A stretch of 64,000 bases of DNA from Nitrospirota bacterium (GCA_963790205.1 CAWBNQ010000014.1:32001-96000); one strand, 5' to 3'. Positions 20,715 to 30,605 are shown, counted from the first letter of the stretch. The notes: a model not told the origin generated them from the letters alone. Translations and numbers: made by a program.

Positions 20715-21887
20715 TCAATGCTCTATTTCTACACCTTCGGATTCTTCCCTCACCGTAATGGCGATCTTATAGAGGAAGGAAAGGATCAAAAACCCGATGG
20801 CCCATACACCGAGGGTAATGATCGACTCCTGCCTCGTCGGCCAGTAGGTCCTTACCTGGTTCAGCATGTTCGGCACGAAACCGCCGATGATCAGGCCGAA
20901 GCCCTTGTCGATCCAAAGAGAGATGAACAGCATGACGCAGGCAAGAGAGAGCGTCGCCTCGTTCCTGCGAATGCTCGGGATCACCAGCATGAGGAGCGAG
21001 AGCGCGGCAAAGATGCTCGAAACCCACATCAGAGGAACAAGCTCCCGGTGCCCATCAAGCCCGACATAGAGGTACTTGAACGACTCCATGTGGCCCGGTA
21101 TATTGCTGTAGAAAGCGGTGAAGAATTCCAACCCAAGAAGAAAGACGTTGGCAAACATGGCATAGGCCACGATCGTTCCGAGCGTCTGGATCTGCTCCTT
21201 GCCCGGGTCGAACTTCGTCAGTTTCCGAACGAGCAGGGCGAGAAGGATCAGGAGCGAAGGACCGCCGGCAAAGGCCGAAGCCAGGAAACGGGCCGCCATG
21301 ACGGCGCTGAGCCAGAAAGGCCTCCCCGGAAGGCCGGCATACAGGAACGCCGTGACGGTATGGATACTGACTGCCCAGGGAACGGACAGGTAGATGAAGA
21401 ACTTGATCCATTTCGGCGGCGGCACGCCCTTCTTGTCGGAGCTCAGGGTCACCCAGCCGACCAAAAGATTTATGAAGAGATAGCCCGAGAGCACCATTGA
21501 ATCCCAGAACATGACGGAATTGAGCGTGGGATGGAGGACCACGTTCATGATCCTCATGGGCTGGCCCATGTCCACGAAGATGAACAGGATGCACATGGTG
21601 ACCGCCGAGATCGCGAGGAACTCGCCGAGGATCACGATCTTGCTGAATTTCTTATAGTCGTGCAGATAGTAAGGGATCACCAGCATGACGGCCGAGGCCG
21701 CGACGCCGACAAGGAACGTGAACTGGCCGATGTAGAGGCCCCACGAAACGTCCCGGGAGAGGCCGGTGAGTCCCAGACCGTAGTTGAACTGCTGGATATA
21801 ATAGTACACTCCCGACACGGCCAGGACGCCCAGGAATGCGAGCCATGCCCAGTATTTTTTACTTCCTACCAGTCCTTTTTCAAGCAT
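20715..21887 (-). CDS. dsrP: DsrP (NrfD/PsrC-family membrane subunit)
   Basis: TGLSRDVSWGLYI, WAVSIHTVTAFL; last gene of dsrMKJOP. Confidence 0.93.
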   Translation of the reverse strand: MLEKGLVGSKKYWAWLAFLGVLAVSGVYYYIQQFNYGLGLTGLSRDVSWGLYIGQFTFLVGVAASAVMLVIPYYLHDYKKFSKIVILGEFLAISAVTMCILFIFVDMGQPMRIMNVVLHPTLNSVMFWDSMVLSGYLFINLLVGWVTLSSDKKGVPPPKWIKFFIYLSVPWAVSIHTVTAFLYAGLPGRPFWLSAVMAARFLASAFAGGPSLLILLALLVRKLTKFDPGKEQIQTLGTIVAYAMFANVFLLGLEFFTAFYSNIPGHMESFKYLYVGLDGHRELVPLMWVSSIFAALSLLMLVIPSIRRNEATLSLACVMLFISLWIDKGFGLIIGGFVPNMLNQVRTYWPTRQESIITLGVWAIGFLILSFLYKIAITVREESEGVEIEH

Positions 21888-22704
21888 GCTCAGTACCTCC
21901 TATCAGATAGTAAACACTCGGCCCGGTCCCAAGCTCGGACTTGCGCCGGATGGTGTAACGGGTCTCGACGATCTTCCGGACCTCGGAATTCTTGTCGGCC
22001 AGGTCGCCGAAGATCATCCCGCCTTTCGGGGCCGCTTCGACGCAGGCCGGCAGCTTTCCGAAAGCGAGCCGCTCGGTGCAGAAGGTGCACTTCTCCACCA
22101 CGCCCTTGGTGCGCGTGGGATATTCCTTGTTCTCGGTCTTGATGAAGGGACGCGGGTCCCGGTAGTTGAAGCTCCTGGCGCCGTAGGGGCAGGCCGCCAT
22201 GCAGAACCGGCAGCCGATGCAGCGGTGCATGTCCATCATCACGATGCCGTCCTTGCGCTTGAAGGTCGCCTGGGTCGGGCAGACCCGCACGCAGGCGGGG
22301 TTCTCGCAGTGGTTGCAGAGCACGAGGAAGGGCATCTCCTTGAGCTTCTCTTCCATATACGGGTTGTCCTGGTCCGGGAACGCGTTCTCGTACTTCGCTT
22401 TCCATATCCACTTGATCTCGTCCTTGATGTCGACGCTGCCGTCGGGATTTCTGAAATCTGGAACATTGTGGATCGAGTGGCAGGCGCTGATGGTCTTCTG
22501 GAAATCTTCCTCGGTACTGAACTTGCTCATGTCCACGACCATGGCCCAGTGCTGCGCCGTCAAGGCCTCGGGGTTCTTCGCTTCCTCGTCCGGCGACAGT
22601 CCCTTGACCCAGATATTATGCGTGGCCGATGCCGCTGTTGCGCCAAGCCCCAGGATGGAGGAGATGCCGGCGATCTTTAGAAACTGTCTTCTATCCATGC
22701 TCAT
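21880..22704 (-). CDS. dsrO: DsrO periplasmic Fe-S protein
   Basis: Tat signal RRQFLK, CNHCENPACVRVCP, CIGCRFCMAACP. Confidence 0.93.
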   Translation of the reverse strand: MSMDRRQFLKIAGISSILGLGATAASATHNIWVKGLSPDEEAKNPEALTAQHWAMVVDMSKFSTEEDFQKTISACHSIHNVPDFRNPDGSVDIKDEIKWIWKAKYENAFPDQDNPYMEEKLKEMPFLVLCNHCENPACVRVCPTQATFKRKDGIVMMDMHRCIGCRFCMAACPYGARSFNYRDPRPFIKTENKEYPTRTKGVVEKCTFCTERLAFGKLPACVEAAPKGGMIFGDLADKNSEVRKIVETRYTIRRKSELGTGPSVYYLIGGTEHA

Positions 22705-23117
22705 GATTTCTCATCCTCCTTCGGGGCGATATGACAATTCCAGCAATAGGGCTTCACGGCCATATAGTTGTGGCACTGGTCGCAGAACTTTTTCTTGTTC
22801 GAGTGGCAGCGCAGGCATTCGTTCTGCAGGCTCATATTGTAGTGTTTCCCGGTCGCTGAACTGATGTACTGCCGGTAGCCGTCGCGCACGACGGCGTCAC
22901 GCCAGTTGTTCAGGAGCTGCATATGTTCCGTCCGCATAAAGGTCTTGGACTCCACGCATTTTCTGTCCTGCTCAGGCATTTGCAGGATCGCCGGGGTATC
23001 GAGCTTCGGTTCAGGCTTGGCGTTCACTTTCCCGATGTTGTAATAGAATGGGAACGTCGCAAAAGCGATAAAAATGACCAGCCCGATGAGTATTTTACCG
23101 CCGTCATAGAGTTTCAT
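22701..23117 (-). CDS. dsrJ: DsrJ triheme cytochrome c
   Basis: CLRCH, CDQCH, CWNCH; MRTEHMQLLNNWRD. Confidence 0.93.
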   Translation of the reverse strand: MKLYDGGKILIGLVIFIAFATFPFYYNIGKVNAKPEPKLDTPAILQMPEQDRKCVESKTFMRTEHMQLLNNWRDAVVRDGYRQYISSATGKHYNMSLQNECLRCHSNKKKFCDQCHNYMAVKPYCWNCHIAPKEDEKS

Positions 23118-24736
23118 TAGGCTTTTTCCTCCTTCTGTTCAATTCCCGGAAGGGGTTCACCACGCAGGTCGGTCGTTCTCTCCTTCTCACCTTTCATGAT
23201 GAGGGCATTTGCCACCAGCTCGTGAAGACCGGCGACCTTGACGCCCGGCACCCAGTAATCCATGAGCGGCACAAGGGTTGCCCGGTCAATGGCGCAGACG
23301 TTGGCAAGCATGTTCACTCCGTGATGGTCGGCAACGAACTTGACCGCGTTTGCCCGGGGGAACCCGCCCTTCATTCTGAGATCCATATCCTCCGAAGCAT
23401 TCAAACCCGTTCCGCTGCCGCAGCAGAAGGTCTTCTCCCGGATCGTGTCCTCGGGCATCTCGTAGAAATTATTGACCACGCTTTTAAGCACATACCGCGG
23501 CTCATCGAGAAGACCCATGCCGCGCGCGGTGTTGCAGGAGTCGTGCCACGTCACCGTGAGATGGTCGTTCCGCTTTGGGTCCAGCTTGAGTTTGTTGTTC
23601 TTGATCAGGTCGGCGGTAAATTCCGCGATATGGATCATCTTGGTGGATTTCGCATTCTCGAAGACCGTGCCCGTGACCGGCGACTTCGGGACTTCGAGGA
23701 AATCAGCCGGCCCGTTCCAGGTATCCATGTACTGGTTCAGGACGCGCCACATGTGGCCGCACTCTCCGCCGAGGATCCATTTCACGCCGAGACGCTTGGC
23801 TTCCGCGTAGATCTTCGAATTGAGCCGTTTTGCCATCTCGTTCGAGGTGAAGAACCCGAAGTTGCCGCCTTCTGAAGCGTAGGTGCTCCAGGTATAATCG
23901 AGCCCAAGCTCCTCGAACAGCATGAGGTATCCCATGCACGTGTACGTACCGGGATCGGCAAACAGGTCCCCCGAAGGCGTCACGAACAGGATCTCGGCGC
24001 CCTTTCGGTTGAACGTGGGCTTGATCTTCTTGCCGGTGATGGTCTCGATATCATCGAGCATGTACTCGAGGTTGCCGGTTATGGTGTGGGGCTCCAGTCC
24101 GAGATGGTTCCCCTTCATGTAGCAGTTCGAGACCGGCCCCGCGATCCATTCGATGTTCAGGCCCAGGAGATTCAGCAGCTCGCGGCCGATCATAGTGATC
24201 TCCGCCTGGTCAATGCCGTAGGGGCAGAAGACCGAGCAGCGACGGCACTCGGTGCACTGGAAGAAGTAGTACCACCATTCCTTCAACACGTCGAGCGTGA
24301 GCTCGCGCGCGCCGGCCATCTTGCCGAAGATCTTTCCTGCCAGGGTGAACTCTTTTCTATAGACCGACCGGATAAGCTCTGCCCTGAGCACCGGCATGTT
24401 CTTGGGGTCGCCGGTGCCGATAAAGAAATGGCACTTGTCCGCGCAGGCGCCGCAGCGCACGCAGATGTCCATGAAGAGCCGGAAGGACCGGTACTTCTTC
24501 AAACGGTCGGCAATGCCTTCGAGGAGGATTTCCTTCCAGTCCTCGGGCAGCTTCCAGTCCGCGTCCGCAGGCCTCCAGTCGCGCGGGTTCGGGAAACCGA
24601 CGATCTCGAGGCTTTTCGACTTTGCGCCGTGACAGAACATGCCCTCTTTGATCACCACGGGCGTGTCCATCCATGATGTTTTCGGCGGCGTATAATCTAT
24701 CTTCGACAGCTCTTCTGGTTTCGGAAGTTTCGCCAT
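23117..24736 (-). CDS. dsrK: DsrK (HdrD-like Fe-S subunit)
   Basis: CVRCGACADKC, CTECRRCSVFCP, GECGHMWR, HDSCN, CCG domain. Confidence 0.95.
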   Translation of the reverse strand: MAKLPKPEELSKIDYTPPKTSWMDTPVVIKEGMFCHGAKSKSLEIVGFPNPRDWRPADADWKLPEDWKEILLEGIADRLKKYRSFRLFMDICVRCGACADKCHFFIGTGDPKNMPVLRAELIRSVYRKEFTLAGKIFGKMAGARELTLDVLKEWWYYFFQCTECRRCSVFCPYGIDQAEITMIGRELLNLLGLNIEWIAGPVSNCYMKGNHLGLEPHTITGNLEYMLDDIETITGKKIKPTFNRKGAEILFVTPSGDLFADPGTYTCMGYLMLFEELGLDYTWSTYASEGGNFGFFTSNEMAKRLNSKIYAEAKRLGVKWILGGECGHMWRVLNQYMDTWNGPADFLEVPKSPVTGTVFENAKSTKMIHIAEFTADLIKNNKLKLDPKRNDHLTVTWHDSCNTARGMGLLDEPRYVLKSVVNNFYEMPEDTIREKTFCCGSGTGLNASEDMDLRMKGGFPRANAVKFVADHHGVNMLANVCAIDRATLVPLMDYWVPGVKVAGLHELVANALIMKGEKERTTDLRGEPLPGIEQKEEKA

Positions 24737-24738
24737 GA

Positions 24739-25737
24739 TTACTCCTTTTCTACCGGCAGGCCGGCTTTTTTCATTTTATCCCTGAAGTCGTCCTCATACT
24801 CCGCATAGGTATGGACATGCACCGGGTAGTTCCATGGGTTTATGTGCCTCTTCATGCGGCTGTTGTTCGCCATGTTCCGGGTCGGGCTCATGAACACACC
24901 TCCCATATGCACCAGCTTGCTGAAGGGGAAGTAGGCGAATAATGTGCTCAGCAGAAACAGGTGGATATAGAAGATAACTCCTATGTTCCCGAGCATCTTT
25001 GGGTCAGGGTTGAAACTGACCAGCCCCATGGCAAGCACCTTCACGCTTATGAGGTCCGTCTTAATGAAATATCTCATGAGCACGCCGGTGGTGGCAATGC
25101 CGAGGATCAGGAAGAGCGGGAAGTAATCGGCAATCAGCGAGATGTAGCGCATCTGCGGGATGCTGATTCTCCTGAGAAAAAGATAGATCACGGCCGCCAA
25201 GAGCACCACGTCGGTCATATAGAGAAGCGGCGTGCCGATCTGAAGGAAACTGTCAAGGCCTTCGACCAGACTGACCGGCATGGGGACCTTCTCGGTAAAG
25301 AACCGCAGGTGCCTTATCAAAATGATAAGGAAAGACCAGTGGAAGGCCAGGCCCGCCGCCCAGAGCCACTTTGCCTCTCCGTAAGAAAGCTTTTTGTCTT
25401 CCCCCAACTGCGTCTTCAGGTTCCTGAAGAGCGAGCGGAAGAAAAAGACCTCAAGCGCCATCCTTCCCAGAACGCCGAGCACGCCCGAGGGGTTTTCCAG
25501 CCTGCTCTGCTTGATCCACGGGAGCGACTTCTGCTGCCCGCAGGTCGTGGGGATGCGAAAGGGGACCGGTGAGCTGCCCCATTTCAGGACGCGAACTATC
25601 ATGAAAACGATGAACGTGAGAACCGCCGCGTAGGGGATGATTACTCCGAAGACGAAATTCCACTTTAACGTCTCCACACCCACGTAGGCAACCGCTACCA
25701 GGAGCAATACCGCGACAAAGGAAATTAATGCTCTCAT
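24739..25737 (-). CDS. dsrM: DsrM membrane b-type cytochrome
   Basis: PFRIPTTCGQQKSL, FHWSF, YFPFSKLVH, SPTRN. Confidence 0.95.
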   Translation of the reverse strand: MRALISFVAVLLLVAVAYVGVETLKWNFVFGVIIPYAAVLTFIVFMIVRVLKWGSSPVPFRIPTTCGQQKSLPWIKQSRLENPSGVLGVLGRMALEVFFFRSLFRNLKTQLGEDKKLSYGEAKWLWAAGLAFHWSFLIILIRHLRFFTEKVPMPVSLVEGLDSFLQIGTPLLYMTDVVLLAAVIYLFLRRISIPQMRYISLIADYFPLFLILGIATTGVLMRYFIKTDLISVKVLAMGLVSFNPDPKMLGNIGVIFYIHLFLLSTLFAYFPFSKLVHMGGVFMSPTRNMANNSRMKRHINPWNYPVHVHTYAEYEDDFRDKMKKAGLPVEKE

Positions 25738-25790
25738 TTCGTTACCTCTTTTCGTTTAAGGTGAGCAGCGCCGGCGTTCTCGCCCGATTT

Positions 25791-26312
25791 CTAGTCCTGG
25801 TCATCGACAATGAGCTTCGCCTGCTGCAAGAGCCTGAAGGTCATGTTTCGCGCTTCATTCGCCTTGAGTTCGTAGATCTTTTCCCGGCACTTCATGTAGA
25901 TGTCGAAAGAGAACAGGGCCAGGTCATCGATGGCCGCGTCAAAGGCCGCCAGTTCCTCGACCATCTTCTGCTGCTGCAGAACCTCGCTGCCGAGCTCCTG
26001 CCTCACGATCTTCTTGAGCTGGAAAATGAAGGCGACCGCTTCCGAAGCCGTAAACTCCTGGATCGCCCTGATCCTGACGATGCTGTCGAGAAAAACGGAA
26101 ACCTTGTCGAGGATCACTCCCTGGAGCAACGCCTCGAACAGGCCCTCCAGCCCCTCTGCGAGGTTGTAGCCGACCGGGTTCGTGAACTGCGCTTTTTTCT
26201 TCTTCAAAAAACTTGACGTGTTGTCCGGATAGGTGTCCGCGACCGCGTCGAACCATTTTTTCAGAATGGCGGTCTTTTTTTCCAGAAGCTGGTTCTTAAG
26301 ATTAATATCCAT
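25791..26312 (-). CDS. dsrT: DsrT (RsbRD N-terminal-like)
   Basis: QFTNPVG, IRAIQEF, FDIYMKCREKIY; directly upstream of dsrM. Confidence 0.9.
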   Translation of the reverse strand: MDINLKNQLLEKKTAILKKWFDAVADTYPDNTSSFLKKKKAQFTNPVGYNLAEGLEGLFEALLQGVILDKVSVFLDSIVRIRAIQEFTASEAVAFIFQLKKIVRQELGSEVLQQQKMVEELAAFDAAIDDLALFSFDIYMKCREKIYELKANEARNMTFRLLQQAKLIVDDQD

Positions 26313-26366
26313 AAAGGCTGATTTCGAATGGACACCCTGCAACGCGCGGCTGCAGGGTGTCCTGCG

Positions 26367-26783
26367 TTAAAAGAACAGCAAATGCTTCACCGATTCCATT
26401 TCCTTCTGGATGTCGGTAAACGAAACAAATTTTGTCGCGATTTCCGCTCCACCCATATCCTCAGCATCCGAGACGATCTGGTCCTCTTTGAGGCCAAGGC
26501 GCTCCATGTCCTCCTTGCAGACCCAAATAGGAACATCAGTCATAAGACAGCCTTTGATGTGGCTTTCCGTGCTCGTCACACCATAGGTTTTCATCGCCTG
26601 CTGGCCCTTCAAGGCATTCAACACACCGTCGCCTACGAATGCTACGGTCGGAACAACGGAATCGCCGTCATCCATATAGATTTCGGCGGTCTGGCTAGCC
26701 AGTGCGTGAGTAAGCGCAAGCCGGGGGTTCTCGCTCTTGTACGGCGGTCTCTGGACAACGAACAATAATTTAACTGCGCCCAT
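26367..26783 (-). CDS. dsrF: DsrF/TusC-like protein
   Basis: LLFVVQRPPY, FVGDGV, VCKEDMERLGL; DsrE/F fold, follows the DsrE-like gene. Confidence 0.7.
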   Translation of the reverse strand: MGAVKLLFVVQRPPYKSENPRLALTHALASQTAEIYMDDGDSVVPTVAFVGDGVLNALKGQQAMKTYGVTSTESHIKGCLMTDVPIWVCKEDMERLGLKEDQIVSDAEDMGGAEIATKFVSFTDIQKEMESVKHLLFF

Positions 26784-27142
26784 TACTCACCTCCTATGTG
26801 CAGCAGCCGGTCGGTCTTGACCGTCTTTGCAAGGTACCAGTCCATGCTGGCGCGCTTCATGCCTTCCGGCACGTCTTCCTTGTGGTAGCCGCGCGCCTCG
26901 GCGCAGGCTTCGCACACGGTGATCTCGAGGCCCTTCGTTATCATTTCCTTCATGCGTTTTTCGAGGTGCGAATAATCCTTGAACGCTTTCTGCCCTTTTT
27001 TGGCCATCATCACGGCATTGCCGGAGAGCCACATGTTTACCTTGTGTCCTTTGGCCATCCCCGCCTCGGCGAGCTTGAACGCAAAATCGAGCGACATCGA
27101 GCCGACCAGGGAAGGGAATACTCCCAACGTTAATTCTCCCAT
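26783..27142 (-). CDS. dsrE: DsrE/TusD-like sulfurtransferase
   Basis: KGHKV, VCEACAEARG, equivalent to the active-site Cys region of DsrE. Confidence 0.75.
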   Translation of the reverse strand: MGELTLGVFPSLVGSMSLDFAFKLAEAGMAKGHKVNMWLSGNAVMMAKKGQKAFKDYSHLEKRMKEMITKGLEITVCEACAEARGYHKEDVPEGMKRASMDWYLAKTVKTDRLLHIGGE

Positions 27143-27256
27143 GCTATCCTCCTTTGAATTCAGAAGCTGTGAAGGTAAGAAATTGATGAAGATGAGACGT
27201 TTTACCTCTCAACTTCTCAACCTCTCAACTTCCCAATCTTTATAACTTTATCTGAT

Positions 27257-27556
27257 TTACAGCCAGGCCGTCTTCTCGTAGTCGTTCATGATGAGATCGA
27301 CGATATCGCCGTAGCCGATGACCTTCACCTTGGAGTTGACGTTCGCCGCGGTAAATCCTCTTATCTCGAGATCATCGGACAATACGTAAAAGCTTGCGCC
27401 TGCCTTGGACAGCACCGGCGAATCTTTGCCTTTTTCCTTCACCAGCGCATGGTAAATACCGTTTCCAACGAGGATGACGCCCAGCTTTTCGGCCTTCATT
27501 CTCTCAAGGGTTTCTTCGGTCCTTCTCCAGTCGCTCAAAAATACTGCCAGCTTCAT
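27257..27556 (-). CDS. dsrH: DsrH/TusB-like protein
   Basis: ILVGNGIY, YVLSDDLEIRG, IGYGDIVDL. Confidence 0.75.
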   Translation of the reverse strand: MKLAVFLSDWRRTEETLERMKAEKLGVILVGNGIYHALVKEKGKDSPVLSKAGASFYVLSDDLEIRGFTAANVNSKVKVIGYGDIVDLIMNDYEKTAWL

Positions 27557-27589
27557 AATATGTTCACCTCCCCGAAGCGTATTTTTAAT

Positions 27590-27626
27590 AAAAAAACAGG
27601 GGACTAGTTTTTCGACTATCCCCTTT
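27590..27626 (-). terminator. Possible terminator after ferredoxin copy 2
   Basis: Imperfect AGGGGA(C)TAG stem plus T7. Confidence 0.5.
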
Positions 27627-27649
27627 GCTGTTGATGCTCTGTTGCCCCA

Positions 27650-27835
27650 TTATATCTCGCTGACCGTAATCGCCTGCTGCGGGCAGTTTTCCACGCAGGT
27701 CAGGCAATTGATGCATTCGGACATGTTCACCGGCTCGGCCTTGCCGCCCTCCAGTTTGAACACGGACTGCGGACACATATTGACGCAGGTGCCGTCGCCG
27801 TCGCACTTGCTCTTGTCAACCGTTACCATGTACAT
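27650..27835 (-). CDS. fdx: Dicluster (7Fe-type) ferredoxin, copy 2
   Basis: True start at 27835 after GGAGG; 55/61 aa identical to copy 1. Confidence 0.92.
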   Translation of the reverse strand: MYMVTVDKSKCDGDGTCVNMCPQSVFKLEGGKAEPVNMSECINCLTCVENCPQQAITVSEI

Positions 27836-28068
27836 GGTGTTGTGTTCCTCCTTCACCAAATAATAGGCATTCCGTTTGTTCACGCGATGACGTAGCCCAT
27901 CGCCTGTCGATGCGAACGTCCGGCGCTGCCGCGTAAGGCGAAGTTCATGCGGCAGCCATTGGAGCTGCGGCAAAACGATCGCCGGATTTGCATGTCCCGC
28001 CATTCCCGTTCTATCGTCGCGGACGACGCGCGTCCCCGGCCGAAATCAGGGCGGCGCTGCGGCAGAAC

Positions 28069-28404
28069 CTATACGCAGCCGGTCGGTTTCGGAAGACCGG
28101 CGATTTTGCATGCCTGCTTTGCCGGGCCGCCCGGATAGAGCTCGTAGAGGTACTTGGTATTGCCCTTCTCGGGACCAAGCTTCTTGCCGATCTCTTTCAC
28201 GAGGATTTTGATCATCGGCGCGATCTGGTACTGTTTGTAGTACTCGCGCAGGAAATTCACGACCTCCCAATGCTGGTCGGTCATATCGATCCCCTCGACC
28301 TGGGCGAAGTAATTCGCCACATCCATGCTCCAATCATCCAGATTCGCCAAAAAGCCGTCCTCATCCACTTCAATCGTCTTGCCCTTTACGTCTATTGTTG
28401 CCAT
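28069..28404 (-). CDS. dsrC: DsrC sulfur carrier
   Basis: VDEDGFL; C-terminal CX10C (ACKIAGLPKPTGCV). Confidence 0.96.
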   Translation of the reverse strand: MATIDVKGKTIEVDEDGFLANLDDWSMDVANYFAQVEGIDMTDQHWEVVNFLREYYKQYQIAPMIKILVKEIGKKLGPEKGNTKYLYELYPGGPAKQACKIAGLPKPTGCV

Positions 28405-28517
28405 GTTCGTTTCCCCTTTCGTGAAATATATTCGGGTGCCGTGAGCGTCCCGCTTAGTATCAAGTGCTGAATGATCCCGGACATCAGCACCTCGTCCTGT
28501 TTATTCCCGGCCCTTCT

Positions 28518-28877
28518 TCAACCTTTTTTAACTTTGATAACATAGAGCCGTCCGCATCCGTCCATAAAGCCCTTGGGTTCGCCTGACGAGCGGTGCGTTC
28601 GCCAGTTATAACTCAGCACCGTATCGTCGTAATCCTTGCCGGCGACCATATCGGAACTGTCCTTGGACAGCCGGGCAGCCGCCAGATCGAGGGCCTGCAC
28701 CATTATTTCTCCCACGTTCTTTCCGGTGGGGTCCATGAGATACAGCGCGCCGCAGGAGCTGCAGGTGCCGCCGAGCACCGTTTCCATTGCGCTGATCTTC
28801 ATCTCCGCCGGCCGCGCCAGTTTGCTGCGGCAAAACGGACAGCTGAGCTCAACGCCTTCCCTTGTTGCTTCCCTCAA
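28518..28877 (-). CDS. Conserved hypothetical zinc-ribbon protein
   Basis: CPFC...GTCSSCGALY..DPTGKNVG; coupled to the dsrN stop. From memory, it resembles a domain of DVU0298-like proteins of sulfate reducers. Confidence 0.7.
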   Translation of the reverse strand: MREATREGVELSCPFCRSKLARPAEMKISAMETVLGGTCSSCGALYLMDPTGKNVGEIMVQALDLAAARLSKDSSDMVAGKDYDDTVLSYNWRTHRSSGEPKGFMDGCGRLYVIKVKKG

Positions 28878-30286
28878 ATCAAAACCCGCTTTCCGGACTT
28901 TTCAGCGCTCCGGTATTCATGAGCCTTTTTTACCATGGATGGCGCCCACTCCGGAGTGCCGAGCGCATGTATGTGCGTATATGCGGCCAGAACGTTTTTA
29001 TAAGCCAGGCCGTCGTACTTGCCGTTGATACCGCCGCCGCGAGTCACATGATACGCCATCGGGGGCAAGACGTCAAGGTTCACTATGCGGGAATAGTGAA
29101 ATTCATGCCCGCGGATGATAACGCCCTTGTCAAGAAACGCGCTCTCGCCGCCTGCTTCGAGCACCGTATATCCATGCGCCTGCGGTTTTTTTTCGAGAAC
29201 AAAATCCACCGGGAGTACCGCGGTCATGGGATAGGTCTTATCGCCGACCGTGAGGCTCCTGCCGAGATAGATCAAACCGCCGCATTCCGCGTAAATGGGG
29301 AGCCCCTGCTCAGCGGCCTCCCTGACCGACCGGCAGAAGCTTTCATTTGCCGCCAGCTCCGCAGCCTGTGTCTCGGGAAAGCCGCCGCCTATGTACAAAG
29401 CGTCGAGATCGGGCAACGCCCTGTCTTTCAGAGCATTAATGACCTTAAGGCGCGCCCCCTGACCTTCGAGTGCTTCTAAATTATCAGGATAATAAAACTG
29501 AAAAGCAGTATCTCTAATGACCCCGATGACTGGATACCCGGCGTCCCTCTCATGCCGTGTCTTGGACAGAACCGGTTTCAGCGCATCGAGGGCCGGCGTA
29601 TCGCAGGCAATTCCCCAGAGAGCATCGAGGTCGAGGTATTGTTCAGCTGCCGCTGCCGCGGCGTTTAAAGCCTGTTCCACCTCGGGATGTTCGTGAAAGG
29701 GCGTCAGCCCCATGTGGCGCTCGGGGAACTCTCCCCTTCGCTGTCTCGGGACTGCTCCGACCACGCGCAGGCCGCTGCTCTGCTCGATTGCTTTCCGGAC
29801 CACGGTTTCGTGACGGCCCGGTGAGACGTTATTCAGGATGACGCCTTTGAGGTCCACTCCGGGGTCGAAGTTTCGACAACCCAGGACCACTGCTGCGACC
29901 GTGCTCGATGCTTTCGTGCAATCAACGATAAGCGCCACAGGGGTCTTGAGCAGTTTTGCCAGCCGTGCCGTGCTGTAGGTGCCCGCTTCATCAACGCCGT
30001 CGTAAAGACCACGGTTGCCTTCGATCACCGCTGCATCCGAACCCGTCGTGTGCTCTCCAAAGGACCGCAGGATGCGTTCCTGCTCCATGATAAAAAGATC
30101 GAGATTATAACACGGTCCACCCGCTGCCGCGCCAAGCCATCCTGCGTCGATAAAATCAGGTCCCTTTTTAAAAACCGCGACCCGCCTGCCCTGCTTGCGC
30201 CAGGCAGCGGTAATGCCGATTGCGAGGGTTGTTTTGCCAAGCCCTCCCCGCGTGGCTGAAATTACCAGCCTCGGTATTGTCTGCAT
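28874..30286 (-). CDS. dsrN: DsrN siroheme amidase (CbiA/CobB family)
   Basis: GGLGKTT, KKGPDFID, ERHMGL, YAECGGLIYL, GHEFHYS; within the dsr operon. Confidence 0.92.
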   Translation of the reverse strand: MQTIPRLVISATRGGLGKTTLAIGITAAWRKQGRRVAVFKKGPDFIDAGWLGAAAGGPCYNLDLFIMEQERILRSFGEHTTGSDAAVIEGNRGLYDGVDEAGTYSTARLAKLLKTPVALIVDCTKASSTVAAVVLGCRNFDPGVDLKGVILNNVSPGRHETVVRKAIEQSSGLRVVGAVPRQRRGEFPERHMGLTPFHEHPEVEQALNAAAAAAEQYLDLDALWGIACDTPALDALKPVLSKTRHERDAGYPVIGVIRDTAFQFYYPDNLEALEGQGARLKVINALKDRALPDLDALYIGGGFPETQAAELAANESFCRSVREAAEQGLPIYAECGGLIYLGRSLTVGDKTYPMTAVLPVDFVLEKKPQAHGYTVLEAGGESAFLDKGVIIRGHEFHYSRIVNLDVLPPMAYHVTRGGGINGKYDGLAYKNVLAAYTHIHALGTPEWAPSMVKKAHEYRSAEKSGKRVLI

Positions 30287-30522
30287 TACGATTGCGGGTT
30301 GGCCGAACCTTCCTTATGGGGGATCTCGACAGCAGTGCCGCCGAAATACGAATACACCAGCTTGCCGCCGTCTATCAGCACGCGAAGCGCGGCCTTCGTC
30401 TCGGCCTGGGTCGCGCCTTCAGCCTCCATGGCATTGCTGATGTCCTTGGGTTTCAGCTTCTTTTTGCCCTGCATCTTTTCTACCAATTCATATATTTTTT
30501 TCTGCAATTCGGCAGAGTCCAT
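30286..30522 (-). CDS. dsrD: DsrD winged-helix protein
   Basis: Directly after dsrB; KKKLKPKD...LIDGGKLVYSYFGG; ATG at 30522 follows GGAGGT. Confidence 0.85.
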   Translation of the reverse strand: MDSAELQKKIYELVEKMQGKKKLKPKDISNAMEAEGATQAETKAALRVLIDGGKLVYSYFGGTAVEIPHKEGSANPQS

Positions 30523-30558
30523 ATTCGTTACCTCCATTTAGATCGTTCAGATCACCAT

Positions 30559-30590
30559 AAAAACCGGCCCCGGTCTCTCACCGGGGCCGG
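30559..30590 (-). terminator. GC-rich hairpin plus T5 between dsrB and dsrD
   Basis: CCGGCCCCGG/CCGGGGCCGG perfect 10-bp stem. Confidence 0.65.
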
Positions 30591-30605
30591 CATCACGTCA
30601 TACCA

